Shown piece after piece: positions 62,055 through 64,000 of a stretch of 64,000 nucleotides of DNA. This DNA comes from Zootoca vivipara. Taxonomy: Eukaryota. The notes under the pieces are model-generated. The model saw nothing but the letters and a program-made list of their open reading frames with translations, did no database searches and was not told the origin of the DNA. Where the stretch lies: the NCBI RefSeq assembly GCF_963506605.1, contig NC_083281.1, positions 47,802,001 through 47,866,000 of the forward strand, given 5' to 3'. A program made the translations under genes and the position numbers. Within the stretch, counting starts at the first letter, position 1; each line of letters starts with the position of its first letter.

Positions 62055-62346
62055 CAGGGGTCAGCAACCTTTTTCAGTTGTGATGGGCCGGACTATATTT
62101 TGAGGGGGGAAATGAATGAATTCCTACGCCCCACAAATAACCCAGAGATGCATTTTAAATAAAAGCACACATCCCACTCATGTAAAAACACCAGGTAGGC
62201 CCCACAAGTCACCCAGAGATGCATTTTAAATAAAAGGACACATTCTACTCATGTAAAAACATGCTGATTCCTGGACCATCCGCGGGCCGGATTGAGAAGG
62301 CGATTGGGCCGCATCCGGCCCACGGGCCTTAGGTTGCCTACCCCTG
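62055..62346. mobile_element. hAT MITE with an internal ~70-bp duplication
   Basis: CAGGGGTCAGCAACC...GGTTGCCTACCCCTG, perfect 8-bp TSD CAGTATAT (62047-62054 and 62347-62354). Confidence 0.88.
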
Positions 62347-64000
62347 CAGTATATACAAGCTGCTGTTATTCAGGTAAGAATTTGCGCTTGTATTTGAGGG
62401 TGTGATTCAGAATATTTTTTTCCTTGTAAAAAAACTAGGTGCGTCTTATGGTCAGGTGCATCTTATGGAACAGAAAAATATGATAGGTATCACCTGCCAC
62501 TGGCAGATTTTCTCTTGCCAGATTTTCCTCTTGTAGCATAAACTACTTAGGATTTTTTCCCCCTCAGGATTTCCAAGTAGGATTTTCTCTCTCTCAGGAT
62601 TTCCAATTAAACCAGGCTCATTGGTTCTTGGGTTGTTTTTTTACTCACCTTCCTGGTATTTCCTCTTTTGTCTTTTCTTACTCTTCCTTCCCAGGCTTTC
62701 TAAAATTGCCACATCAGTTTTCAATAATAATTCCCAGTATCAAATCAAATCAAAATGACCAAAGGCTCAGCAGTCTGAGCCTCCTTTGTTCCGTAGTATG
62801 GTGCCTCTTGGTTAATCTGGAGATCTCCTGCACCAGTAAGGTACTCCTGTATCTAATGTTGGTGTCGTTGATTGTTGGCATTTGTCTTGAGAGTCAATGG
62901 AGTGCACCTCTGGGAGTGGATTCAAATCTCTGTGTTAGCGGCACCAAAGTGACCTCCCTGGGGAGCAAGCCTGTGTAGTGTGTATGAAGGTCCTTGGTCT
63001 CCAGGGCCGCCTTAAGCATGTCGGGTGCCCGGGCGCCGTGGTGCGGAGATCGCTCCAGCACCCCTGCCCCGTTTCTTGTTGTGGCTGGTGGGCAGGCGCG
63101 GCGCCCCCTGGCAGCCCCGCGCCCAGCCTTCCCCTAGAGCTGGCCCTGTTGGTCTCACTGATGTGGTCCAAAGGAAAGCAGAGCAATATGTTTGGCATTG
63201 GCTTGGCTGCAGGAGTTGCCAAAAGGAGGTGTACAAGGTGCCACCCAACCGTCTTAGGGACTCCAAATTGTGTAGGGTTTTTGTGTAGGTGGACCCACTA
63301 TTAGTCTCATCTGTTCAGTCCACCAGAGCCTGCCTTTCTACACAGAGGGAATACCTAACAGAGAGTTTCAGACCCATTGGCTATGCTAACTTGGTTTAGC
63401 CAGCCAGTAGAAGCCATTCCAAGGATGTGGCCGCTTCTAGGAGGCACAGGGCAGCTGTCTACCAGCTCCATCTAGTATGGCGGCTGAGATCCTATCTGCC
63501 TTGCTAGAGTGGTAATATCCTTTAGCCAGGATAGTGAAACTGCTGCATTTGCAAGCTCACTCATCTGATGTCCAGTCAATACTAGATAATGGGCATGTGC
63601 CAATCACTCAGCAGCTGGAAGAATTTGTTGTGCCCTTGGGATGTTCCAATTCCAATAGGCACCCTTTCCCAAATTCCAATAGGCACCCTTTCCCCAAACA
63701 AGATTGCAGAAACGTCTCATGAGGAGAGGCGGAAGGAAGTTGGGATGCTAACTCTGAAGAAGAGAAGGCAGAGGGGGGAATCTGAAAGTCCTCTCCAAAG
63801 GGTGGGTGGAACAGTCACAGAGAAGAGGACAAATACCCAATGGGGACTTCCTGCATCAGGCTGGGGGCTGGATCCCTAGATGGCCTACAACACATACACA
63901 CAACTCTAAGCTTCTAGTCCTTTTCACTAGCAACCAGAATAGCCTTTTTAAAAGCTGTATAGCAGCCTGGGGTCTAACGCGGAGTAATAAATGGGTGCCA

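Overview
Eukaryotic vertebrate genomic DNA from a squamate, probably a lacertid lizard, judged from multiple Sauria-type SINEs and squamate MITE families. I assembled three spliced protein-coding genes by hand from GT-AG boundaries and recalled homology. (1) FCSK (L-fucose kinase), minus strand: the first 8 coding exons at 1301-4587, continuing off the left edge. (2) ST3GAL2, plus strand and head-to-head with FCSK: CpG-island exon 1 near 9.5-9.75 kb, 6 coding exons at 31361-40601 (347 aa) and a ~4.35 kb 3'UTR. (3) A complete 6-exon, 259-aa C-factor/CsgA/sniffer-like classical short-chain dehydrogenase, minus strand (46324-56053), tail-to-tail with ST3GAL2 and carrying substitutions in normally conserved motifs. 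ST3GAL2 intron 1 holds an ORF-intact COX7C retrocopy inserted, with a target-site duplication (TSD), into the RT region of an RTE/BovB LINE. The rest is largely L1, L2, CR1, RTE, Penelope, Sauria/Squam SINEs, hAT and Tc1/pogo MITEs and an LTR cluster, plus two N gaps. Most ORFs in the six-frame track are spurious. No database search or alignment was run; homology calls are from memory.
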